Shown here: positions 38,805-51,890 of the stretch, piece after piece
Numbering within the stretch: position 1 is the stretch's first letter
Layout of the letters: every line of letters begins with the position of its first letter
Assembly: GCA_963746845.1 (NCBI GenBank)
Contig: CAVVCZ010000004.1
Location: 128,001 to 192,000 of the forward strand
Source: an uncultured Chloroflexia bacterium
Lineage (GTDB): Bacteria; Chloroflexota; Limnocylindria; Limnocylindrales; CSP1-4
Direction: 5' to 3'
Length of the DNA stretch: 64,000 bases
Translations under genes and position numbers: made by a program
The notes under the pieces: model-generated
The model's input: only the letters and a program-made list of their open reading frames with translations
Told to the model about the DNA's origin: nothing
The model's database searches: none

Positions 38805-40007
38805 TCAGGCTGGACGCAGCGCGTATGCCTGTGTGGGTTCGACTCGACCCTTGACCGTGACCGGCCCGAGCGGCGAGAGCTCGAACGGTCCGTCGAGCCC
38901 GGCCGCAGTCAGCGGGCCGATCACGACCTCGCCGGCCTTCGCGACGCCGCCGAGCCTCGCGGCGAGATTGGTCGTGTCGCCGATCGCCGTGAAGTTCTGG
39001 TAGGTCTCACTGCCGATGTTGCCGACCAGCGCCGGCCCTGAGTTGACCCCGATGTGGAAGCGCGGGCCAGGACGCGCCCCCGTGGCCAGCGACTCCGTGC
39101 GCTCGAGGATCGCCAGGGCGGCAGCGCACGCGCGCGAACACTGATCGGCCTGGGGCTTCGGGGCTCCGAACACGGCCATGACGGCGTCGCCGGCGAGCTG
39201 CGTCGGCAGCCCACCCTGCTCGAGGATCGCCGGCAGGGCAATGCCGAAGTACTGATTCAGCATGGCGACGACCTCGGATGGCGCCCTCGTCTCGGCGTAG
39301 GTCGAGTAGCTGCTGAGGTCGGCGAAGAGCACCGTCACGAGCGCGATCTCGCCGCCGAGCTCCGCCCGCCGCGGGTCCGTCAACAGGAGGGCGGCGAGGT
39401 CCGGCGAGAAGTAGCGCCGGACGAGCCGACGAACCGAAGTCAGCGAACCCTCACGACCGCCCATGAACAGGGCCACGAGCACCAGGGCGAGGACCGGGAC
39501 TCCTGTGAGATTGAGCGGGAACATGCCGTACCGGAGCCAGGCCGGCAGCGTTGCCGGTGCTGGCGTCGGGACGATCGCGGAGGCCGTCATCAGCGCGGCA
39601 TAGGCCGCCACGAGGACAACGGCCGCTCTGCGGTGGCCGAGCAGGAGGGCGGTGATGGGTCCGAGGCAGGCCCAGACCGCGACGACGCTGCCGGCCACGA
39701 ACCCGCCCAGGATCCACATGAGGACGAACGGGAGGGTCATGTACGGAACGAACTGGCCGATGGCGAACCATCGGTAGCTTCGTGTCAGCCCAAACGAGAT
39801 CAGGCTCGCCACAGAGATGCCGACGTAGAGCCACGGGATGGCAGCTGCATCTGCGGCCCCAACCAGCCAGTAGATCGCTCCCCAGGCCAACGCAAGTGGC
39901 GTGATGATCAGGGCCGCAACGAGGAGGAGCACCTTCCGCAGACGTGTGTCCTCGTCATCGTCGGATCCGGCCCCGACAGCGAGCACCCTGCCTAGGAGTC
40001 CGCTCAC
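38805..40007 (-). CDS. Membrane-bound class III nucleotide cyclase
   Basis: About 6 TM; VLFADLSSYST, GDAVMAVFG, IGVNSG, IGDTTNLAARL. Confidence 0.9.
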   Translation of the reverse strand: MSGLLGRVLAVGAGSDDDEDTRLRKVLLLVAALIITPLALAWGAIYWLVGAADAAAIPWLYVGISVASLISFGLTRSYRWFAIGQFVPYMTLPFVLMWILGGFVAGSVVAVWACLGPITALLLGHRRAAVVLVAAYAALMTASAIVPTPAPATLPAWLRYGMFPLNLTGVPVLALVLVALFMGGREGSLTSVRRLVRRYFSPDLAALLLTDPRRAELGGEIALVTVLFADLSSYSTYAETRAPSEVVAMLNQYFGIALPAILEQGGLPTQLAGDAVMAVFGAPKPQADQCSRACAAALAILERTESLATGARPGPRFHIGVNSGPALVGNIGSETYQNFTAIGDTTNLAARLGGVAKAGEVVIGPLTAAGLDGPFELSPLGPVTVKGRVEPTQAYALRPA

Positions 40008-40163
40008 GACGCGATGCTACGCGGTGCCGACCATCCCGTGCGCACCCGCGGACGACAATCCGGCGCCAAGGGACGGCCGATGAGCCGGGCCACGGGATGG
40101 GTTGGCCGAGGGCCCGCGGTCGTGTCGATGCGATCAGGTGACCGTTCTGATCGGAAGTTGGGC

Positions 40164-40238
40164 TGGCTGGCGAGGAAGGATTCGAACCTTCGATCTCCTG
40201 ATCCAGAGTCAGGCGCCTTACCGCTTGGCCACTCGCCA
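40164..40238 (-). tRNA. tRNA-Gln(CTG)
   Basis: TGGCGAGTGGCCAAGCGGTAAGGCGCCTGACTCTGGATCAGGAGATCGAAGGTTCGAATCCTTCCTCGCCAGCCA; cloverleaf with encoded CCA. Confidence 0.97.
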
Positions 40239-40293
40239 GTGCCGGCCGAGATGATACCGCAGGGCGTTCGTGGGTCCGGGGCCGGCCTCGGGC

Positions 40294-41674
40294 TCAGGGT
40301 CCGAAGCGGAATGACTCGACGATCGGCAACGCCAGGTCGGCGAACGTCTCGCGCTCGGCGGGCTGTGCCGATTCGATGACGACGTACATCGTTTCTCCGC
40401 CCAGGTCGATCAACACGACGCGCGCGCGATCGGGTTGAGTGCCTCCGAGGCCGGTGAACCCGTAGGGATCGGCGCCGGTCGACGCGATCAGCGGGGCCAC
40501 GATGCCGTCGGCGCGATGGCACGGGGCCCTGTAGCCCTGGGCGATGGCGACATCCAGCCACTCGGCCTGGTGACCATCGATCGAGAAGGCGTGCGGAGAT
40601 CCGATCGACAGGGCCGGATCGTCGCGGAAGGCGGATTCGACGCCCCTGATCGAGCCGCCGGTTCCGGGCTTCGGAACCGCCTGGCACGACGCATCGAACG
40701 TGGCGGGCGCGTGGCGAGCCCACAACGAGACGGCATCGATGCCGCCCTGGTCGAACGTCCGCCCGCTCGCGTAGCTCGCGGCCGGGGTCAGGACATACCG
40801 CACGGGCCAGTCCTCCTCGTTCGCCCAGCCGTCGGGGACGGTGTAGGTGATCGCCCCGGGGTTGCCGTCCCACGAGGGCATGCCTGCCGGCAGCCTCGGG
40901 ATGAAGTAGTTGGTCATGTGGGCGCCCGCTTCGAGCTCGCCGAGGCAGTCGTCGTCGGCGATCCCGCGGGCCTGGATGCTGCAGGTCGAGCCCGCCCACG
41001 TGCCGGGCAGGATCTGGACGCGCGCGGCGCAGGCGTCGTTCACCAACGTCAGCGTCAGCTTGGTCGCGCCCGGACTCAGCGAGACGCGATAGGTCCCCGA
41101 GTCACGCAGGTCGCAGTCCCGGCCGATCGGCGTCGCCTGAAACGACCACGTCGAGTCGCCGACGTCGGACACGACGGACTGGAGAGACGCGCTGGTCGGG
41201 CCGGTCCAGTCGACGCTGAAGTTCGCGTCGCCAGGGAAGATCGAGTCGCGAAGGCCGATCCGGAGCGGGGCGGCCTCCCCGATCCGTCCGACCTGCACCG
41301 GCATCGCATACCAGTGATGCCAGAACGCTTCCGGGATCGGCAACGCGACCGCCACCGACGAGGCGGAGGGCGCAGGCGCCGAGGCCGATGGGAGTGCCGG
41401 CGACGGTGACGGGGACGGTCCGCCGACCGTCCCGTTCGAGCGACGGGATCAGGGTGAGACCGGCGAACGCGACGGCGACGGCCACGCCGGCAGCGATCGC
41501 GACCTTTGCGGTGGTGCTCATGGACTGGAACCTCCTCGCCGGACGCACGGACCGGCGCTGCGGGGTCGTCGCGAGCGAGTCGAACACGAGCTCGAGGAGA
41601 CGATCCGCGGACTCGTGGCCGTCCTCGCGTAGCCACGACCGGACGATGCGGGCCGTGTCGCGATCGGTCGTCAT
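40294..41674 (-). CDS. Putative membrane-anchored anti-sigma factor (frameshift near 41445)
   Basis: ATGA overlap with the sigma stop; N-terminal VRSWL...TTPQRR, TM helix, then PS-rich linker and extracellular domain in another frame. Confidence 0.6.
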
Positions 41675-42219
41675 CGGGCAACCTCCCGCGCCGGCGGCTG
41701 CGCGTCGGCCTCGAGGCCCGCGCGCAGGCCGCGCATCGCGTGATGGAGTCGGGAGTGGGCCGTTCCGGCCGGGATGCCGAGGATCTCGGCGACCCGATCG
41801 ATCGGCAGGTCGAGGTAGTGGTGGAGGACCACCACGGTGCGATGATCGAGGGAGAGGCGGCGGAAGCCGATCTCGAGCTGGTTGCGATCGATGACCGAGC
41901 TCAGGTCATCCCTCGCATCCGCCTCGTCGACCGGCAGCAGCCGGAGGTTGGGTGCCCAGCGGCGCCGCTTCCGGCCCTCGGCGTAGCAGGCGCGCACGAG
42001 GAGCCGGTACGACCAGGCGTCGAAGCGCGCCGGGTCACGGAGCTGCGGAAGGTCCTGCCAGATGCTCAGCAGCGCCTGCTGCGTCGCATCCTCGGCGAGG
42101 TCGAGGTCACGCAGGATCCTGCGCGCGACCGCGAGGAACCGGTCGGCGATCGCCTCGGCGATCGCGGCATAAGCCGCCTGATCGCCGTGCTGGGCACGGA
42201 TGACGACGTCGGGTTCCAT
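41671..42219 (-). CDS. ECF RNA polymerase sigma factor
   Basis: LAEDATQQA, FDAWSYRL, VAEILGIPAGTAHSRL. Confidence 0.92.
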   Translation of the reverse strand: MEPDVVIRAQHGDQAAYAAIAEAIADRFLAVARRILRDLDLAEDATQQALLSIWQDLPQLRDPARFDAWSYRLLVRACYAEGRKRRRWAPNLRLLPVDEADARDDLSSVIDRNQLEIGFRRLSLDHRTVVVLHHYLDLPIDRVAEILGIPAGTAHSRLHHAMRGLRAGLEADAQPPAREVAR

Positions 42220-42452
42220 GTCCCTTCCGCCATCGGCAGTGGTCGATTCCCTGCCGCTCACAACGTATGGGCACTGACAACCCCGTGTTTGGTCATCGGC
42301 GTCGACATGTGCGACGCCCGTGCGCGGCGGTTGGGGCTGCACGGCACGCCAGTCCGTGACCTTTGCCACGTGGTCGGGCCGCGCCGAACGCGCAGGCTCG
42401 CACGATCGAACGGTCCGCCCGGACCGGCGAGGCGCACCACGGGAGGTGTGAC

Positions 42453-42854
42453 ATGACTCGGGTCCTCGTGGTCCATCACGACCTCGATCTGGCCGGCCAG
42501 GAGGCGGACTCGCTGCGTCGCTTCGGCTACGAGGTGATCGAATGCGGAGGGCCGACGCGGAACGCCTGTCCGGTGCTGGCCGGCCACGCGTGCGACCTGG
42601 CGGAGCGTGCCGACGTGCTCGTCTACGACGTGTGGGCGAGCGGCGACGCGGAGGGTGCACGGACGCTGATCGAGAACATCCGCGACATCCATCCGGAGAC
42701 GCCGGTCGTGCTGACGTCGCCCGGGCTCCAGCTCGACTGGGAGGAGACGACCGGCCGCCATGCCGTGACCGTGCTTCTCGGCCAGCCCACGGGCGCCCGA
42801 TTGCACGAGGCCATCCAGGCGGCCCTCGCGCCGGAAGCGGTGCCCGGGACTTGA
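42453..42854 (+). CDS. Atypical receiver-like protein with a Cys cluster
   Basis: RVLVVHHD...VLVYDVW...PVVLTS CheY-like topology; CGGPTRNACPVLAGHAC; GGAGGT RBS. Confidence 0.6.
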   Translation: MTRVLVVHHDLDLAGQEADSLRRFGYEVIECGGPTRNACPVLAGHACDLAERADVLVYDVWASGDAEGARTLIENIRDIHPETPVVLTSPGLQLDWEETTGRHAVTVLLGQPTGARLHEAIQAALAPEAVPGT

Positions 42855-42897
42855 CGTTCCGGGGCAGGTCGCGCCGGAGTTGCTATCCTGCGCCACG

Positions 42898-44493
42898 GTG
42901 AACTCCCAGAACGATCGGGAAGCGGCGGCCTCGCAGCCGCGGTGGGGCTCCCGTCATCTCCACGCATTCCTCGACGCCGTCTTCCCCGGCCTCGGCCACC
43001 TCGTGGCGGGCCGGCCGAGACGCGCCGCGCTGTTCGGGCTGCCGGTCATCGCGGTCATCCTCGGGATCGGGATCGCGCTCGCCACCTCGTCGATGTCCAA
43101 CCTGCTGGCCGTCGCCCTGAACCCGGCGACGATCGTCGCGATCTTCATCGGCTCGGGCGCCCTGCTGCTCTGGCGGGCGGTGGCCGCCGGCTCGAGCCTG
43201 GCGGACGGCCGCTATCCACGGCTCGGGCGTCGTGACGTCCTCCCGATCGCGCTGCTCGCCGTCGTCCTGATCGCGCCGCACGCGTACGCGGGCTACGTGA
43301 CCGAGGTCGCACGCGAGGAGGCAGATCGCGTCATCCCCGAGAACCCGACCACGGCCGGGGCGTGGCAACCCGACGCGTCGTCCATTCCGGAGCCGGACGC
43401 ATCCGACTTCGACCTCCCGTCGGCCGAGCCGAGCACCGAGCCCAGCCCATCGCTGAGCCCCTCGGCGACGCCGATCGCCCCCCGCCAGAACGTGCTGATC
43501 ATCGGCGTCGACCAGGGCGTCGGCCGGAACACGTTCCTGACGGACACGATGATCGTCGCCTCGCTCGACCCGGCGACCGAGACCGTCTCGATGGTCTCGA
43601 TCCCGCGCGACATGGTCGATGTCCCGCTGCCGGACGGACGCAAGTACCGGGGCAAGATCAACAGCCTCGTGTCGTTCGCCCGCCACCATCCGAAGCAGTT
43701 CCCGGGCTCGAACGGCGAGGGTGAGGACGTCCTGATGGGCGCCCTCGGCACGCTCCTCGGACTGAGGATCAACTACTTCGCGATGGTCAACCTCCAGGGG
43801 TTCGTCAACGTCGTGAACAAGCTCGGCGGGGTCGACGTCCAGGTCTCCGAGGGGTTCTGCGACCCGACGTATCACGAGTACGGCTACCCGGACGGCTTCG
43901 CGATCACCGCCGGCCGGCACCACCTCAACGGCAACCAGGCGCTCGCCTTCGCCCGGGTCCGGAAGGCCGCCGGCGAGAGCGACTTCACCCGGGCCGGTCG
44001 CCAGCAGGAGCTGCTGTCGGCGGTCCGCGACCGGATCAAGGGGGGCGGGTTCCTGTCCGACCCGATCGGGCTGCTGCGCGCCCTCGGCGACACGGTCTCG
44101 ACGAACGTGCCTCGCTCGCTCGTGCCGGATCTCGCGGAGGTGGCGAGCCGGGTCGGGCGGAAACAGACGTATCGCGCCGTCCTCGGTCACCCGTTCGTGA
44201 AGCCTGGCTACGACGTCCGCGGGTCGATCCAGATCCCCGACCTCAAGGCGATCAAGAAGCTCACGGACGGCCTGTTCCCGACGGGTGGGGAGACGCCCGT
44301 CGACAAGTACCAGGTCCCGGCATCCACCGGGCACGTCGCAGGCTCCGGCGTGAGCAACTGCGCCGATCCGCCGAAGCCACGGCCGAAGCCGACCGCGAAG
44401 CCGACTCCGAAGCCGACACAGAAGGCGACGCCCAAGCCGAGCGTCGCGACCCCGTCGCCTGCGGCGTCTGCGGAGGAGCCGGCTCCGTCCTGA
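42898..44493 (+). CDS. LCP (LytR-CpsA-Psr) family protein
   Basis: NVLIIGVD, TDTMIV, SIPRD, ALAFARVR, SDFTRAGRQQ; N-terminal TMs; PK-rich tail. Confidence 0.92.
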   Translation: MNSQNDREAAASQPRWGSRHLHAFLDAVFPGLGHLVAGRPRRAALFGLPVIAVILGIGIALATSSMSNLLAVALNPATIVAIFIGSGALLLWRAVAAGSSLADGRYPRLGRRDVLPIALLAVVLIAPHAYAGYVTEVAREEADRVIPENPTTAGAWQPDASSIPEPDASDFDLPSAEPSTEPSPSLSPSATPIAPRQNVLIIGVDQGVGRNTFLTDTMIVASLDPATETVSMVSIPRDMVDVPLPDGRKYRGKINSLVSFARHHPKQFPGSNGEGEDVLMGALGTLLGLRINYFAMVNLQGFVNVVNKLGGVDVQVSEGFCDPTYHEYGYPDGFAITAGRHHLNGNQALAFARVRKAAGESDFTRAGRQQELLSAVRDRIKGGGFLSDPIGLLRALGDTVSTNVPRSLVPDLAEVASRVGRKQTYRAVLGHPFVKPGYDVRGSIQIPDLKAIKKLTDGLFPTGGETPVDKYQVPASTGHVAGSGVSNCADPPKPRPKPTAKPTPKPTQKATPKPSVATPSPAASAEEPAPS

Positions 44494-44496
44494 CCG

Positions 44497-47102
<2,606 letters not shown>

Positions 47103-47168
47103 TCAGACCCCATCCTCCACACGGCGGGGCCGCCAGCGCATACACATGGAACGGCGGTTCGTGGTCAT
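47103..47168 (-). CDS. Putative leader peptide MTTNRRSMCMRWRPRRVEDGV
   Basis: 21-codon ORF with ATG-TGT-ATG core, preceded by a TTGACG-18-GAGCAT promoter-like element and followed by a terminator. Confidence 0.65.
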   Translation of the reverse strand: MTTNRRSMCMRWRPRRVEDGV

Positions 47169-47268
47169 CGCCCGGGGATGCTCGCCCGGTCCGGCGCGAT
47201 CCGTCAACCGACGACGCCGAAACGCAACCTTGGCGTCCCGCGGAGCAGGCCCGCGCTAGGCTGGCGCC

Positions 47269-48288
47269 ATGACGGCCCTCCCGACGACCTTCCGGGCGTT
47301 CGTGGCCGAATCCGTCGCCGACGGCGAGCTGGTCGAACGCATCGTCCGCGACTTCGACGCAAACGACCTGCCGCCCGGCGAGGTCGAGGTGCGGATCGAC
47401 TGGTCGAGCGTGAACTACAAGGACGGGCTCGCGACGGTGGCCAATGGCAAGGTCGCCCGGATCAGCCCGCTGATCCCGGGGATCGACATGGCCGGCGTCG
47501 TCGTCGGCTCGACGGGTCCGTCCGTCCCGATCGGGTCGGGCATCCTGGCCCACGGGTACGACCTCGGAGTTGCCCGTCACGGCGGCTTCGGCGAGTACAC
47601 CCGACTGCCGGCCGGCTACGTCGTCCCGCTGCCGGTCGGTCTGACGGCCCGCGAGGCGATGTCCGTGGGGACGGCCGGCTTCACCGCGGCGATGTCGGTC
47701 GCGGCGCTGGAGCGGAACGGGTTGAAGCCCGGCGATGGCCCGGTCATCGTCACGGGGGCCAGCGGCGGGGTCGGCAGCGTGGCCGTCGCGATTCTGGCGG
47801 CCCGTGGCCACGAGGTCTGGGCGGCGACCGGAAAGTCGTCGGAGGAGGGACGGCTCCTGGACCTGGGCGCGACAGGAACCGTCCCGCGGGAGGAGTGCAC
47901 GGCCGAGAGCGGTCGCCCGCTGGAGTCGGCACGCTGGGCGGGCGCCGTCGACACCGTCGGCGCGGCGACGCTGCCATACGTGCTGCGGACGCTCCGACCG
48001 GGCGCCGCGGTGGCGTCGTCGGGGAACGCCGGCGGTGCCGCGCTCACGACGACCGTGCTGCCGTTCATCCTGCGCGGCGTGGCGCTGCTGGGGATGGACT
48101 CGGCGAACCTGGCGATCGAGGAACGGCGGGCGCTGTGGGGCCGGATCGCGACGGACCTGCGCCCGGCCGGGCTCGACGACGGCCGGCTCGGGATCACCGA
48201 GGTGTCCCTCGAGACCCTCGAACCGGCACTCGACGCGATCCTGGCGGGCGAGTCGCGGGGCCGCTGGGTCGTCCGCGTCGCGGGCTGA
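47269..48288 (+). CDS. YhdH/AcuI family acryloyl-CoA reductase (MDR)
   Basis: SSVNYKDG, PGID, GTAGFTA, TGASGGVGS, TVLPFILRGV. Confidence 0.88.
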   Translation: MTALPTTFRAFVAESVADGELVERIVRDFDANDLPPGEVEVRIDWSSVNYKDGLATVANGKVARISPLIPGIDMAGVVVGSTGPSVPIGSGILAHGYDLGVARHGGFGEYTRLPAGYVVPLPVGLTAREAMSVGTAGFTAAMSVAALERNGLKPGDGPVIVTGASGGVGSVAVAILAARGHEVWAATGKSSEEGRLLDLGATGTVPREECTAESGRPLESARWAGAVDTVGAATLPYVLRTLRPGAAVASSGNAGGAALTTTVLPFILRGVALLGMDSANLAIEERRALWGRIATDLRPAGLDDGRLGITEVSLETLEPALDAILAGESRGRWVVRVAG

Positions 48289-48302
48289 GTCCGGCTCCCG
48301 GG

Positions 48303-50024
48303 TCAGGTGGCGTTCCGAACGTCCGTCACCACGAAGACGAGGCGGCATGAGAGGACCGCGAGCGACGGCGGGATCTCGCTCTCGAACGCGACGTCGCCAG
48401 AGGGGCCGACGCCGCGACAGGTCGGCGACACCGGGTCGTCGTAGTGGCCGGTGGCGCGGACCCAGCGGCCGACCCCCTTCGTCGCACCGGTTGCGGTCGG
48501 TGCGCGCTGGGCGTGGAGCCGCGCCGTCTGGTCACCCGTGCCGGGCACCGATGCGGCGAGCTGGTAGTCGGCCAGGACGCACTCCCGGATCCAGGCCGGG
48601 GTGAACGCGGAGCAGGTTCCGCCGTACCCCTCGCCGGGATCGACGACCCAGGCCCGGAACGAGATCGGCTGGTCGGCGAAGCACCCGACTGCCGTCAGGG
48701 GTGGGAGCTCGAGGACGGACCCGACGGTCGTCGGCAGGGCGGGACACGTGGACGGCCGTTCAACGACCGCGGCCAGCGGGTCCGGGATCGCGTCGGCCGG
48801 GGGTTCGACCGGTCCGCCGCCGTCGCCGCCCGACGGCGTCGCGCCCGGCGCGCGGATCAGCCAGGCGACGCGGTCCGCCCATGTCCCGAGCATCGCGACG
48901 ACCACCATCCCGTCGGCGGTCGACGCCGAGCCGAGCACGGACGGACCGGCCTCGTCCAGACACGATCGGTCGTTGTTCGTGCCGGTCAGCGGCTCCCAGG
49001 TGTCCGAGGCGTATCGCCAGGCGGCACTGCACGTCGCGCCCGCGTCGGCGCCCTGAAGCCACACCAGGCCGGCCGGCCCGCCGACCAGCCGGCCCCAGGG
49101 ATCGGGCGGCGCCGCGAGTGGGGCGAAGCCGTCGCCGGCCACCACGCCGACCTCCCGGTTGTCGCTCCCGGACCCGGCTGCACCCCAGGGGCTCGGCTGC
49201 CAGACCTCGATGCTGTTCTCCTGGCTACCGATCGCGGCGGCCAGCCCGGGCGCGACCGACCACGTCCGCCCGTCGTCCGATCGCCACGCGCGGAATGCGT
49301 TGGTCGCGGCGTCCTGGTCGGCCATGCTCATCCCGGTCACGAGCAGGCCGTCGGGAAGCGGGATGAGGGAATAGACGTTGGCGAGCGGCGCCTCGGGGAT
49401 CGGGGCGACGCTCCAGGTGGATCCGTCGGTGGTCGTCGCGACCAGCGCTCCGGCGCCACCGACGTCCAGGGAGGCGGCAGCGCCCCAGGGGGTCGCCGTC
49501 AATGCCGTCACCTCACCCGCGGGGAAGCCCGTCGCGCCGCTCAGGGACCAGGTCGTGCCGTCCTGCGAGGACCAGAGCGCCCGTGCCGCCGAACCGGGCC
49601 GAGGGCTCCAGCCGAGGGCGAGAAAGCCGAACGACCCTCCGATGAGGCGATCGGGCGTGCCGCCGCCGAAGGTCGTGCCGGGCAGCCAGTGGCGGTTCCA
49701 GTCGTCCCCGTCCGCCGAGGTCAGGGCGAGCAACGCGCCGGTCCGGCGGTCATTCCCGAGGATGACGACGCCGCTCGGGCCGCTCGCCAGGCCGGCGACC
49801 GCGACGCCGCGGAGCAGTCCGTCGAGCTGGGGCAGAGGATGGAGGGCCAGGTCGCGCGCCCCGGGAGCCGGCGTGCCGACGGCGGATGGCGCGGCAACCG
49901 GACCCGAGGCCGGGATGACCGATGGGCTCGGGCTCGCGACCGCGGGCTGCGAGGTTGGCGTCGAAGTCGCCGAGCAAGCGGCCAGCCCGACGACGAGGAC
50001 CCCGGCGATCCATCCCTGTCGCAT
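48303..50024 (-). CDS. Hypothetical lipoprotein with propeller-like repeats and a Cys-containing C-terminal domain
   Basis: Lipobox GLAAC; repeated WxSxDGxxW; GGAGGG RBS. Confidence 0.7.
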   Translation of the reverse strand: MRQGWIAGVLVVGLAACSATSTPTSQPAVASPSPSVIPASGPVAAPSAVGTPAPGARDLALHPLPQLDGLLRGVAVAGLASGPSGVVILGNDRRTGALLALTSADGDDWNRHWLPGTTFGGGTPDRLIGGSFGFLALGWSPRPGSAARALWSSQDGTTWSLSGATGFPAGEVTALTATPWGAAASLDVGGAGALVATTTDGSTWSVAPIPEAPLANVYSLIPLPDGLLVTGMSMADQDAATNAFRAWRSDDGRTWSVAPGLAAAIGSQENSIEVWQPSPWGAAGSGSDNREVGVVAGDGFAPLAAPPDPWGRLVGGPAGLVWLQGADAGATCSAAWRYASDTWEPLTGTNNDRSCLDEAGPSVLGSASTADGMVVVAMLGTWADRVAWLIRAPGATPSGGDGGGPVEPPADAIPDPLAAVVERPSTCPALPTTVGSVLELPPLTAVGCFADQPISFRAWVVDPGEGYGGTCSAFTPAWIRECVLADYQLAASVPGTGDQTARLHAQRAPTATGATKGVGRWVRATGHYDDPVSPTCRGVGPSGDVAFESEIPPSLAVLSCRLVFVVTDVRNAT

Positions 50025-50191
50025 GTCGCGCCCTCCGAGAGGATCACGATGCGCGGCGGTGCCGCGAACCGCTGGATCCACTGCTCAGAGGACGCTCGAG
50101 TGCCGGAAGTGTGTCGATCCGCCCACTGTTCCGCAATTCGGCGCGGCAAGCCTCGTAGTCGTCACTCGGCGACGATCTGACAAGTCCGCGA

Positions 50192-51007
50192 TCAGTCGAG
50201 CTCGCCCCGGAGCTGGGCCAGGGCACGCTCCAGTGGCTCGCGCGCGGTGTCGGCCGGGTAGGGAGTCCGGAGGATCGCGGTCGCCAGATCGAGCGTGCCG
50301 TCGTGAACGAGCGACGCCAGCTCGGCGATCGCGCGGATCTCGACCATCGACCGAACGGCGAACCCCTTGTCCCCGACGTCGCCGTGACCGGGCACGACGG
50401 CGCCCGTCACCAGCTCGACCATTCGCTCGACCGTCGCCGGCCACTCCATCGGGTAACCGTCGCCGAAGAACGGCGGCGCCCCTGCCTCGACGAGGTCGCC
50501 CGCGAAGAGGACGCCGGCGTCGGGCACGATGATGACGATGTCGTTGTCCGTGTGACCGCGGCCGAGATACCGGAGCTCGATCCGGCGGCCACCGGCGTCG
50601 AACTCCAGCGTCGCGGCCTCGCCGTCGAACGTCCGGTCCGGCGGGTCGAGGACGACCTCCGCCAGCTCGGCGGCGATGGCCGGGATCGCGGCGGACACCT
50701 TCGCGATCTGCGCCCGGCCCGTCTCGGTGATCATCCGGGCGCATCCCACGTGGCCCCAGATCGGCGCCGGCCGGAACCGGTGGTTGCCGAACGCGTGGTC
50801 GTTGTGGCCGTGGGTGTTGACGACGGCCCGGACCGGCAGCTCGGTCAGCGTCCGGAGGTCCGAGAGGATCTCGTCGGCCTGGCGGTGCGAGATCCGCGTG
50901 TCGACGATCAGCACGCCGTCGTCACCGAGGATCGCCCCGATGTTCTGGTCGTAGAACGCGTAGCGGCGGGTGAAGACCCGGGCGCCGACCTCGGTCCAGA
51001 CGGACAT
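50192..51007 (-). CDS. MBL-fold metallo-hydrolase
   Basis: THGHNDHAFG, GHTDND, FAGDL, VPGHG. Confidence 0.9.
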   Translation of the reverse strand: MSVWTEVGARVFTRRYAFYDQNIGAILGDDGVLIVDTRISHRQADEILSDLRTLTELPVRAVVNTHGHNDHAFGNHRFRPAPIWGHVGCARMITETGRAQIAKVSAAIPAIAAELAEVVLDPPDRTFDGEAATLEFDAGGRRIELRYLGRGHTDNDIVIIVPDAGVLFAGDLVEAGAPPFFGDGYPMEWPATVERMVELVTGAVVPGHGDVGDKGFAVRSMVEIRAIAELASLVHDGTLDLATAILRTPYPADTAREPLERALAQLRGELD

Positions 51008-51045
51008 GCCCGCAGCGTAGCCGCCGGCGACCCTACGATGGGCGC

Positions 51046-51886
51046 ATGTCGAGCACCACCGAGACGGTCGCGTCCCGCGACGGCACGGCGATCGTGGTCC
51101 GTCAGTGGCCCGCCCCGGACCAGCCCTGGGCCCATGTCCTCCTCGTCCACGGGATCCACGAGCACAGCGGCCGCTACGAGCACGTCGGCGACTGGCTGAC
51201 GGCGGCCGGCATCGACGTGACCAGCTACGACCAGCGGGGGTTCGGGCGATCCGGAGGCCGTCGGGCCTATGTCGATCGATGGAGCCAGAACAACGACGAC
51301 CTCGAGGAGCGCCTCGCCGCCGTTCGCGTGGCAGCGGGCGACGGCCCCGTCGTGCTCTACGGGCACTCGCTCGGCGGGCTGCTGAGCCTGGGCTATGTGG
51401 TGGCGGACCCGCCACGACCGTTGCCGGACGTCCTCATCCTGAGCGCGCCGGCGATCGAAATCGACGACGCCGGCCTGGCAGCGCGGGCTCGCGTCCGCAC
51501 TCAACGTCGTCGCCCCCCGCTACGGGCTCAAGAGCGCCTTCGACGGTTCTCTGCTGTCACGCGATCCGGCGGTCGGTGATGCCTACGCCACGGATCCGTT
51601 TGCCTTCCACGTCACGACCGGTCGGCTCGGGACGGAGGCGTTCAAGGAGCAGGCTCGAGTCCGCGATGCGCTAGGCGGGCTGACGCTCCCGACGCTCGTG
51701 TTCCACGGCGAGGCCGATCCGATCGTGCCCGTCGCGAGCAGCGTGCCGCTCGGTGCGATGCCGAACGTCACCCGCCGCACCTGGCCTGACCTCCGCCACG
51801 AGACCCACAACGAGCCCGAGGGCGAGGCCGTCGTGGCCGACGCCGTCGCCTGGCTCCACTCGGTGCTAGATTCGCCGTCCAACTGA
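51046..51886 (+). CDS. Lysophospholipase-like alpha/beta hydrolase (frameshift near 51460)
   Basis: HGIHEHSGRY, DQRGFG, GHSLGG; after an extra A in GAAA continues to HGEADPIV and RHETHNE. Confidence 0.85.
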
Positions 51887-51890
51887 AGAT

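Noticed and set aside
40000-40238. tRNA-Gln as a genomic-island attachment site
   Set aside because: No integrase and no duplicate of the tRNA 3' end found by eye in the window.
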